From Fibrobacteria bacterium (GTDB lineage Bacteria; Fibrobacterota; Chitinivibrionia; Chitinivibrionales; FEN-1185): DNA of 15,519 nt. Below the pieces are notes generated by a model. The model saw nothing but the letters and a program-made list of their open reading frames with translations. It was not told the DNA's origin and made no database searches. Location: assembly GCA_037447435.1 (NCBI GenBank), contig JBBIGR010000068.1:1-15519 (forward strand), given 5' to 3'. Both the position numbers and the translations under genes were made by a program. Positions 1 to 7,692 of the stretch are shown piece after piece (the stretch's first letter is position 1; every line of letters begins with the position of its first letter).

Positions 1-67
1 TATAATCATCTCGGTTCGACCGCGAAGCAGAGGCGAGTTCGACTGCATTTTCGCCTCCGAGCCAGCC
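1..67. repeat. Copy 1 of a 67-bp direct repeat, candidate structured ncRNA unit; cut by the window edge
   Basis: 64/67 identical to 154-220 (differences at 56, 57, 64). Starts with TATAAT. Stems GGTTCG(13-18)/CGAGCC(58-63) and GAGGCGA(30-36)/TCGCCTC(51-57). Confidence 0.9.
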
Positions 68-82
68 CATGATGGTGTACTA

Positions 83-116
83 AAAAAACCTCCCTTGGCA
101 ACAAGGGGGGTTTTTT
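83..116 (+). terminator. Intrinsic terminator, potentially bidirectional
   Basis: AAAAAACCTCCCTTG-GCAA-CAAGGGGGGTTTTTT: 9-bp stem with one G-U pair that works on the + strand, GNRA tetraloop, T6 tail and an A-tract on the other side. Confidence 0.85.
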
Positions 117-150
117 ATTATCAACTTCGGGCTTTAAACCATGGACCTAC

Positions 151-159
151 TGATATAAT
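151..159 (+). promoter_or_regulatory. Putative extended -10 promoter element (TGnTATAAT)
   Basis: TGATATAAT matches the sigma70 extended -10 consensus exactly; the TATAAT is also at 1-6 in copy 1. No clear -35. Confidence 0.5.
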
Positions 160-220
160 CATCTCGGTTCGACCGCGAAGCAGAGGCGAGTTCGACTGCA
201 TTTTCGCCCACGAGCCGGCC
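154..220. repeat. Copy 2 of the 67-bp direct repeat
   Basis: Offset 153 bp from copy 1. Followed by hairpin GGTTCAA(221-227)/TTGAACC(242-248) without a U tail. Confidence 0.9.
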
Positions 221-359
221 GGTTCAATGCTCTTAGTAATCTTGAACCCCGATTCGCAACTTTCCATTTCAGATGCACAGACCGAGAAACTAATTATGTA
301 ATGGCAAGTCCTCCATATTGATCGAGCAATATTTTACCGCTCACTGCCTTTAGAAATTT

Positions 360-479
360 TTATCTAACTATCGCAAATGCCTTGCGAGTTACATTCTGAC
401 CTGCGGTAAATTCCAGGACATAATTACCTGTTAGGGTTTTTAGTTTGGCAAGAGAATATGTATGTTCTCCAATTCCTTG
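360..479. repeat. 120-bp repeat shared with 1555-1674 (3' ends of the two paralogs)
   Basis: Manual ungapped alignment: 109/120 identical. Confidence 0.9.
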
Positions 480-1538
480 AAGTCCCAATTTAGTTGATAA
501 AACAATCCTACCGCGCATTTCGAATACTTTAACGGAAACCTGCACGTTTTGAGCAAGAGAATATCGAAAAATACAATTATTTATTGATATTGCAGATTTT
601 GACAACTGGCGAGAATACTGCGAAGATAAAGGCGGTGAAAGCTCAGATAGCGGTCTTTTCCAAAGTTCAGCAATATTATTAGTAAATGTAGCTGCCCAAA
701 CTGATAATGTGCCATAGTCGTAAATAATTGAGCTTACCTCAAGATCTTTTAGCCCCTCATTAAAGGACCTCCAAGTATTTGCACGATCTTTAGAAACGAA
801 AATTCCATTCGAAGTACCAGCCAGTACAATACTAGTATCCCTTATATAAATATTAGGGTAATCTGATGCAAATAATGAATGGATAGATTTTAAAGGAAGA
901 CCTATATTGTTTTTAAATTCCCATTTTGGTTGGGCGTAGCCTAAACTACGTTGATCAAATGTATCAACAGCAAAATAAATTCCGGTATCTGTGCTTGCAT
1001 AAATATAATACGCTTCCCAAATAAACTGTACCTGATGTAAAAATGGGGTTGCTGCGATAGCATTTATTTTTCTATTTGCAAGTCCATACTGATCAGGAAC
1101 ATTAGTGTTCATTATATTGTAATAAATGCCGGAATTAGTACCTAACAAATAACAATAATTAATCAAAAAAACTGCATTTATGGGGTACATTTGAAAATGA
1201 AGTTGACTCAAATGAAAATTCATCCAATTGCCTGGCCAAAAATTGAACAATCCGCTATCTTGAGTTCCGACCAGTGAGTTACCATACATAGATAAAACAT
1301 GCTTAGGTGATTTAACCTGAAGATCCCATGTTTTTCCTGTATCAAGGGACATGTAAACTCCAGTATCTAACCCAGTAAACAAGGTTCTTTTCATTCCGGT
1401 AGTATCTGTTCCGCTACAAATACAATTAATTCTGTGTAAACCGTCCCAAGGTATACCGTTGATTTTAGTCCAATCCGCTTGACACAATCCAGTCAAACCT
1501 AAAATAAAAAAGACTCTCCAATATTTATTATTCATCAT
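360..1538 (-). CDS. Secreted WD40/BNR-like beta-propeller protein with T9SS type A-like C-terminal domain
   Basis: 392 aa. Signal peptide (..FFILGLTGLCQA-DW), Asp-box repeats SLDTGKTW and SKDRANTW, repeated GTxxGI/LY blades, C-terminus YSL..VSVKVFEMRGR..GNYVLEF..TRKAFAIVR. RBS-like AAGGA upstream. Confidence 0.8.
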   Translation of the reverse strand: MMNNKYWRVFFILGLTGLCQADWTKINGIPWDGLHRINCICSGTDTTGMKRTLFTGLDTGVYMSLDTGKTWDLQVKSPKHVLSMYGNSLVGTQDSGLFNFWPGNWMNFHLSQLHFQMYPINAVFLINYCYLLGTNSGIYYNIMNTNVPDQYGLANRKINAIAATPFLHQVQFIWEAYYIYASTDTGIYFAVDTFDQRSLGYAQPKWEFKNNIGLPLKSIHSLFASDYPNIYIRDTSIVLAGTSNGIFVSKDRANTWRSFNEGLKDLEVSSIIYDYGTLSVWAATFTNNIAELWKRPLSELSPPLSSQYSRQLSKSAISINNCIFRYSLAQNVQVSVKVFEMRGRIVLSTKLGLQGIGEHTYSLAKLKTLTGNYVLEFTAGQNVTRKAFAIVR

Positions 1539-1554
1539 TGCACATAATCCTTTT

Positions 1555-2714
1555 TTATCTCACCATCGCAAATGCCTTGCGAGTTACATTTTGCCCTGCG
1601 GTAAATTCCAGGATATAATTTCCGGTTAGCGCTTTTAGTTTGGCAAGAGAATAACTATGTTCTCCAATTCCTTGCGGAGATAATTTATCTGATAGAATCA
1701 ATCTGCCTCGCATGTCAAATACTCTAATAGAAACTGACGTCGATTGAGTAATGGTATACTGGAGAATAGAATTATTTATTAATAATTCCTGTTTTGAAAA
1801 TTCATGAGAGTATTGTAGTGACGATACTTGTGTTAATTCTGATAATGGTCTCTTCCATAAAACAGTAACATTATTGGAATAGGTCGCAATAATGTTATAT
1901 GATAACAAAACATCTCCATAAGCTATTGCTGAAGCTTCGAAATCGGTCAATCCCTCATTGTATGTTGCCCAACTATCAGCTTTATCTTTAGAAATAAAAA
2001 TACCAGAACTTGTTCCTGCTAAAACAAAATTTGTCGATATTGAATTTGGTATTATTGGTGAAATTAAGCAAGTTAGTTTATTTGCTGCTTGCAAAGTATT
2101 TTTTTTGTCCAAATACCAATAGGAAAGGAAGATGGAGAACTATTTTGAAAGTAATAGTCGGAAAAAAATACGCCACTATCAGAGCTGGCATATATATACC
2201 CATTGCCAGCCATTAATTGGGAATTCCAATTATATAACGTAACAGAAAGTGAGTTTATTTTACTATTTAGCAAACCGATATTTGAGGGATTTCTGGAATT
2301 TAAAGAACTACAATATATTCCATTATTTGTACCCATTAGAATTAGATTTCCTGGTACCGATAATGAATTAATTGGGTTTAATTGATCAAATCCTAAAAAT
2401 CGCCAAGAATCTGGCCATTTAGTGTATATTCCACTATCGCTCGTACCTGCGTACGCATTGTCAGTTAAAGACAAAACTTTTTTAGGAGAATTGTTATAAA
2501 GCTTCCAACTTTTTCCTGTGTCAACAGAATAGAAAATTCCACTATCAAGCCCTGCAAATATTGCCTTTTTTAACCCTGATGAGTCTGTTCCAATTGTTAA
2601 GGATGTTATTTTATGGGTTCCGTCAATTGGGACACCCAGTAATTTTGTCCAATTCCCTAAAATTGATGTATTAGCAATAAACACAATAAAAATAATTTTA
2701 TTAAACCAAATCAT
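1555..2714 (-). pseudogene. Paralog of 360..1538 split by a 1-nt frameshift in an A8 run (ORF-track 2073..2819 plus 1555..2112)
   Basis: ATG at 2714 with AGGAGC RBS (2721-2726). The N-terminal ORF matches the first part of the paralog and the second ORF matches the rest. One extra A at 2099-2106 gives a single 386-aa ORF. Confidence 0.85.
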
Positions 2715-2740
2715 AAAAAAGCTCCTATTCAATTCAATTT

Positions 2741-3240
2741 TTATTTTACAATTACATCTATAGCCAAAGAAATAATCGTAGGCAACCCATAAATTGTTGC
2801 TTGAATATTTATTGGGCAAATTCCACTATTGCCACCAGCTGTAAATTGTCCAGTCAAAGAATTAATTACACTTCCCGTAGTATCCACTAAGCCAATAGCC
2901 CAAGTTTTTGTAACCTTATTTGGTGGAACAATGTATCCTGCACCATCTGCAACAACCGAAGTTAAAATCGTTGTTGAATTTATTGCAACAGTTGTCGAAG
3001 GAGAGATAATAAACGGGCCTCTATCAGGAATAACCTCTATCCCTTCGCAGGTCGGAAAATCTGCATTTCCTTTTGCAAATTGAACTGTAATTGTACCAAC
3101 ACTATCTGCTGCCGCAAGGAAATCTTTAGAAATTGCTTTAAATTGTGTTCCAACTTGCGATAGAATATCGAAATTCTGCAAAACAGGATTACCATTGATA
3201 TTTACATTAAATTGTCTTTGCCCTGAACTCGTAAAGTATG
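2741..3240 (-). pseudogene. 5'-truncated malectin-domain plus Ig-like-domain gene
   Basis: The frame continues upstream of the listed TTG as YFTSSGQRQFNVNINGNPVLQNFDILSQVG (malectin core). The expected preceding LHFAE strand is absent, there is no start codon/RBS or signal peptide, and an in-frame TAG lies at 3275-3277. Confidence 0.75.
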
Positions 3241-3327
3241 TGAATTGGCAACTATGAGCTGAGTACCATTGCTGCTATCAATCGAAGCTGTCCATATATG
3301 CTCGCCTTCTACGCCAGTTACCATTAA

Positions 3328-3569
3328 AATAATTGTCCAGAGAAAATTCTCCAACCATATTTCTTAAACAGGAGGTGTCCGATGGGACCTATGGGTAACT
3401 GATATTATGTATGTCAAGACTCAAGTTGGATAGCGAAATTTGACGGTTTTTATTGAATTATATTACAACCGTAAACGATGTCATTCTGCGATTGATTATA
3501 ACGCCTGGAGAATGATATTTTATCAAACAATATGCTTAACTAAGCGTCCGCTTTTTTGGGGCAATATCA
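3328..3569 (+). mobile_element. Internally deleted IS3-family remnant
   Basis: One frame reads WVTDIMYVKTQVG*RNLTVF-IELYYNRKRCHSAIDY: the IS3 first-Asp motif fused to the C-terminal YNxxRxHS motif. Right end GTCCGCTTTTTTGGGGCAATATCA (CA at 3568-3569). AGGAGG(3370-3375)+ATG(3382). Left boundary approximate. Confidence 0.8.
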
Positions 3570-3727
3570 CATGCGATAATGGGGTTTTCATTACAGTATT
3601 TTTTCGCAAAACATTATTGGTTAACACACGGTAGGGTATATTCTTTTCGGGGACATAGCAGGAGCATGTCAGCGGCCAATTAACAGGCAATCTTGGCATT
3701 AAATAAAAACAAATCAAGTGGGTTTTT

Positions 3728-4282
3728 ATGGAAATTGATTATTTAGATGTTAAAAGTACTTGGCGAGAAGTAGCCGATGCCGCAAGGACCACAATCGGAA
3801 TGGAAAAAGGCAAAAAAGAACCATCTTCGTTGTGGAAAAGGAAAATATTATTATCAGAGCATTCGCCAATTCGGCAATTGATAATAAAATGGAAATGGAT
3901 AAATTTGAAATACTGGGTCAGTGTGCATTTTGTTCGTCATAAAATTGGAATCGAACATTTTGTGAGTACGCAAAGAACAGATCGAACGGGAATCGAAAGA
4001 GACAATTTATTGCAATCATCTTACGTTAATCACGAATGTATAGCCGATGCGCAGGCAATAATTAATATTTCAAGGAAAAGATTATGTCGCCAAGCTTCAA
4101 AAGAAACCAGGGAAGCTTGGCTAGAATTATTAAGCAAATTAAAAGACAAAGAACCCGAATTATTTCAAGTTTGTGTCCCTGAATGTATTTACCGTGGATT
4201 TTGTCCGGAAATCAAATCATGCAATTGGTTTGTCACAGAAGCGTTTAATAAAGACTTAAATCAATATCATTCGTTAGGTTAA
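3728..4282 (+). CDS. thyX: FAD-dependent thymidylate synthase ThyX-like protein (short, phage-type variant)
   Basis: AART, HSPIR, VHFVRHK-x7-STQR, RKRLC..A..ETR and terminal PECIYRGFCPE..SC motifs are characteristic of the Thy1/ThyX family. Confidence 0.75.
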   Translation: MEIDYLDVKSTWREVADAARTTIGMEKGKKEPSSLWKRKILLSEHSPIRQLIIKWKWINLKYWVSVHFVRHKIGIEHFVSTQRTDRTGIERDNLLQSSYVNHECIADAQAIINISRKRLCRQASKETREAWLELLSKLKDKEPELFQVCVPECIYRGFCPEIKSCNWFVTEAFNKDLNQYHSLG

Positions 4283-4285
4283 TTT

Positions 4286-4393
4286 ATGCAACACGGCTTT
4301 TTTGCCCTTCTCATTCTATTGGCTTCGACATTGCCCTCTTTTTGCGATTCTCATTTTTGCAACAAACCAATAAACAATTCAATATTTAAATAA
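4286..4393 (+). CDS. 35-aa small ORF with a signal-peptide-like N-terminus; possibly a gene remnant
   Basis: Manual translation MQHGFFALLILLASTLPSFCDSHFCNKPINNSIFK*. Starts 3 nt after the thyX stop with AGGT upstream; ends 11 nt before the next ATG. Confidence 0.35.
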   Translation: MQHGFFALLILLASTLPSFCDSHFCNKPINNSIFK

Positions 4394-4404
4394 AAGATTT
4401 TAAT

Positions 4405-4884
4405 ATGTTTATTAAGGATTGCTATAAACTGGGAGTTTTAATTGTTTTATTTTTCATATCATGTTCGGAAAGGCCTGAGATCCAATGGATTCATTACAAT
4501 TTGGCCTTTGTCAAATGGAGTAAGACCGAAGAAATTGTCTTCCATATTGTTAAAGAAACGGCAATACATCATCCGGAAAAAGCAAAATCTGTTTTTTCAA
4601 ATACGATGGAATATGTTGATGAAAATTACGGGTTACTGTACGTTGACTTATCGAGCGATCAAATCGATGTTGTTCCCGATACTTCTTTTAAATTTGATTC
4701 ATCAAGCAGCCTTTTCACTCACGACACAATTTATTCTTTTGATTCATCATTGTTTATAACATATTATCCTGTTGGAACAATTGATTCTTTTCTTGTAGGA
4801 GCCCCCAAAAAAAACAAACCGATTGTTACAATTCCCTCATTTTTTTCTGACAGGCCAGAATTCAAAGTAAATTGGGCCGATTAG
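4405..4884 (+). CDS. Hypothetical lipoprotein
   Basis: 159 aa; hydrophobic stretch ending in lipobox-like FISC. Confidence 0.65.
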   Translation: MFIKDCYKLGVLIVLFFISCSERPEIQWIHYNLAFVKWSKTEEIVFHIVKETAIHHPEKAKSVFSNTMEYVDENYGLLYVDLSSDQIDVVPDTSFKFDSSSSLFTHDTIYSFDSSLFITYYPVGTIDSFLVGAPKKNKPIVTIPSFFSDRPEFKVNWAD

Positions 4885-5091
4885 CAATTGTTCGGTAATC
4901 CAATCGTGAACAAGATTTGCGCCTAGTCGTTGTTCTAAATTAAAAAATCCTACCGCCAATAATTAACATGGTTGGAGGGCAAAATGTATTTATTTCTTAG
5001 TCAAAAGGATCCGGACGGAAATGGCGGAAACCGTGAAAAAAGCGGAAAATTCAAAACAGTCATTAAGAAATAATGGAAGTAACAAAATAAT

Positions 5092-5658
5092 ATGAAACAA
5101 TCAAATCAAATTCATATCAAAGAAATGTCTTTTGATCAATTATTTAAAAAGATTTCTCCGGAAGAGATAAGCGACAACGTGTTTACTTTGGTAGGAAAAG
5201 ATTTTTTCGCAATTACCGCGGGTAAGCAGGACCATTATAACTCCATGATAGGCAGCGGCGGCGGTTTGGGAACGCTTTTTAAAAAAGCGGCCAGTTGGTG
5301 CATTATTCGTGCAGACCGGTATACGCTCGAACTGATGTTAAAAGAACAAACATATACGTTGTCGTACTTCCCCAACGAATATCGGGAACAGATGCTCTTT
5401 TTGGGAAGCAAATCCGGAAGAGATAGCGAAAAAATGAAGGAAGTGCAATTGACAAGCGTTCAAACCCCTTCCGGGGACATGTCTTTCAAAGAAGCCAGAT
5501 TAATTTTCGAATGCAAAGTAACGCAAATCACCTCGCCCGATCCCGATGATTTTTGCACACAAGAAGCCAAAGATTATATTCGCGAAGCCTACAAAGATCC
5601 AAACCATTTTCGCAAATACGTATTTGGCGATATCTCCGCCGTTTGGGTAAAGAAATAA
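5092..5658 (+). CDS. Flavin reductase-like (FMN-binding split barrel) protein
   Basis: ITAG...YNSM, R..RYT.E....YTLSYF, LGSKSGRD..K and EARLIFECK motifs. Confidence 0.85.
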   Translation: MKQSNQIHIKEMSFDQLFKKISPEEISDNVFTLVGKDFFAITAGKQDHYNSMIGSGGGLGTLFKKAASWCIIRADRYTLELMLKEQTYTLSYFPNEYREQMLFLGSKSGRDSEKMKEVQLTSVQTPSGDMSFKEARLIFECKVTQITSPDPDDFCTQEAKDYIREAYKDPNHFRKYVFGDISAVWVKK

Positions 5659-5681
5659 GAATAAGAAAAAAGGAATTTCCG

Positions 5682-6350
5682 ATGACACATTACAAACTCG
5701 TAGTAAAAGCCGTATTTGTTCTTGCCTGCGCCACTCTTTTCCTTCCGCCTGCCGCATGGGCTGCAGGTGCGGGAGTGTACATATCGACAGGATTCGGCGG
5801 CGGCCAATATTCGGACGACGACGCTTCGCGCCCCAATCTGCAGGATTTTACTTATGAAAAAATCCGGTTGGGCGGAGGATTCGTGTTCGACAATGCCGTT
5901 GCCGGCCAATCTTTTTTTAATTATCGGCTCAATCTCGGACTCGAAGCAGTCGCGGATAATGTGAGCGACACCTTGGGACTGGTTTACAATTTTTCAGGAA
6001 TCAGATTGAATTGGCTGAACGATTTCGGCTTCGCATTGGTTCGGGCACCGGCCCTTCGTTGGTGGCTCGGCCCGCAACAGGGATTCTTTTTCCTCAACGA
6101 ATCCGATGCCGACGGCAACGGAATGCATTCATTTAACGGAGCGCTGGGTGCGGTCACGGGCCTTAACTTTAATTTGCCGAGAGGCTTCTCGCTGGGAATC
6201 GATCTGGCGCTACGGTATGTGTATGAAATCGCCACCAGGGCCAAGCGGACAAACGGGAACTTCGACGCTTCGTATATCGGCAACGGCTGGGAATGCGCGA
6301 TGACTGTTTCATTCATGTCACGCGGACACGGTAGAATTGTGCGGCGCTGA
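5682..6350 (+). CDS. Putative outer-membrane beta-barrel protein
   Basis: More likely start is ATG 5682 (AAGGA upstream; avoids overlap with the previous gene). Signal peptide ..PPAAWA; alternating Gly/aromatic beta-strands. Confidence 0.65.
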   Translation: MTHYKLVVKAVFVLACATLFLPPAAWAAGAGVYISTGFGGGQYSDDDASRPNLQDFTYEKIRLGGGFVFDNAVAGQSFFNYRLNLGLEAVADNVSDTLGLVYNFSGIRLNWLNDFGFALVRAPALRWWLGPQQGFFFLNESDADGNGMHSFNGALGAVTGLNFNLPRGFSLGIDLALRYVYEIATRAKRTNGNFDASYIGNGWECAMTVSFMSRGHGRIVRR

Positions 6351-6381
6351 TGCAGCCTGAAAAACGATTCCGAACCCTTTC

Positions 6382-7074
6382 CTAATCAATATTTTTAATT
6401 TTTTCCTTTTTTTTGAATTTGCGGTCATCTTTGTTGTTTTGTACCGGGATTTGCTTTGGAGCAGCAGCCTTATGGAGCTGAGCCTGCTTTGGCGTCCAGC
6501 CGATATGTTGTTCGCGAGCCGCAATTAAGTCCTGGCTCGTCGGCTTCGCGAGTACCCCGCCGCCGCCATTATAGCTGACTTTGGCAAGCGGCGTATTGCT
6601 ATTTACGACAACTTTATTATACGTGTTGTTGACAACCGTAACGTTCACTCTTGTTACGGCACGATTGTAATAGAATTCTCTATCTCTCCAATACCCGCCC
6701 TCATACCCGACTCCGGTATATCCGTAACCATAGTTTATGCCGCCGTAAAATCCGACGTGCCTCCCCCAATATCCCGAATGCCAAACATATACGCCCTCAG
6801 ACCATCCCCAATAACCCGGCGTCCACAGCCAACCGACCCGTGGCGCAAACTCCCACAAACCCGGCACCCAATAATATCCGGAACGTCCATATGCCCAATA
6901 ACCGGGGACCCATATATAACCCGGGCCCGGACAAAACGGCTGTTCGTAATACGGAAGAGGAGGAGGCGCAGTCCGAATCGATACGGGTCCTGCGCATCCT
7001 AAAAACATTATTGCAAAAACGCTACAAGCAATGAATGAAAACAAAACAAACCGCATTGATTTTCTAGTTCGCAT
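6382..7074 (-). CDS. YXWGXW-repeat lipoprotein
   Basis: Lipobox FLGC; repeats YIWVPGYW, YYWVPGLW, WLWTPGYW, YVWHSGYW; GFYGGINYGYGY. Confidence 0.85.
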   Translation of the reverse strand: MRTRKSMRFVLFSFIACSVFAIMFLGCAGPVSIRTAPPPLPYYEQPFCPGPGYIWVPGYWAYGRSGYYWVPGLWEFAPRVGWLWTPGYWGWSEGVYVWHSGYWGRHVGFYGGINYGYGYTGVGYEGGYWRDREFYYNRAVTRVNVTVVNNTYNKVVVNSNTPLAKVSYNGGGGVLAKPTSQDLIAAREQHIGWTPKQAQLHKAAAPKQIPVQNNKDDRKFKKKEKIKNID

Positions 7075-7369
7075 TGTTATTCCTTTTTAATAATGAATTT
7101 TCTTATATCAGACTATAAGCAAAACGGACAAATCTTTAAAGTTATAACACTAGCAATTGGACTGCCAGAAACGGTAAGCGAAATTTAATGAATTTTTGAG
7201 TTTTGTCCGGCTTTTTGATAAAAAATGTTCTCGAATCATACCAAAACGTAAAGTCGTTGCACCAAATGGTATATAACGGATTACCTACTATTAGGGTAAA
7301 TTTGCTTTTCAGATCTGAAAATACCAGTTTATTTATGGGAGGCAAATGAATAAAACAATTCTCAAGCTA

Positions 7370-7591
7370 ACTCCAATCCGGAGTAACAGCCGCAACGGAT
7401 TTTTTTAGCGTTCAACAAACCTAAAAGCCTCATTTTTTTTGTTGCATCGGCTACTCCTTATTGGAGTAGACAAAAAGAATAGTTTTCCGGTCGTTTTTCA
7501 ATCTGATTATCGAATTTTTGTCCGGTTGCACAGCTCACTCCATCCGGCTATTGCTTTTTTTTCGTTTGCTATGATCACTCCATGATGGAGA
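7370..7591. repeat. Array of ACTCC-N5-GGAG(T) palindromes
   Basis: 7370-7384 ACTCCaatccGGAGT; 7453-7467 ACTCCttattGGAGT; 7537 ACTCCatccGG (degenerate); 7577-7591 ACTCCatgatGGAGA. Confidence 0.6.
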
Positions 7592-7692
7592 AAGGTCAAC
7601 AACGGAATTTTTAGCAAATTCCGCGAATGGGAACGCAATTCCCATTCATTGCGCCGGTCCGTAGCAATTTATTATTTAAACCCCAGACGATC

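Noticed and set aside
1..220. CRISPR array, tRNA, integron attC, purine riboswitch or HDV-like ribozyme
   Set aside because: The repeat is 67 bp with a terminator in the spacer and no cas genes; no cloverleaf despite GTTCGA; no RYYYAAC/GTTRRRY ends; the purine aptamer core (UUUCUAC) is absent; an HDV P3 stem cannot form.
95..301. 68-aa ORF
   Set aside because: TTG start inside the terminator stem, no RBS, runs through the non-coding repeat.
360..1674. Diversity-generating retroelement VR/TR pair
   Set aside because: Mismatches include G/C pairs and are not adenine-specific on either strand; both copies are coding gene ends; no reverse transcriptase in the window.
2715..2819. N-terminal extension of ORF 2073..2819
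   Set aside because: It overlaps the malectin gene; ATG 2714 has an RBS and begins a signal peptide matching the paralog.
3440..3634. 64-aa protein
   Set aside because: It is the IS3 transposase fragment reading through the element's right end.
5005..5080. Clustered GGA/CGGAAA motifs as CsrA-type sites
   Set aside because: Short, irregularly spaced and not clearly in hairpin loops; not distinguishable from chance.
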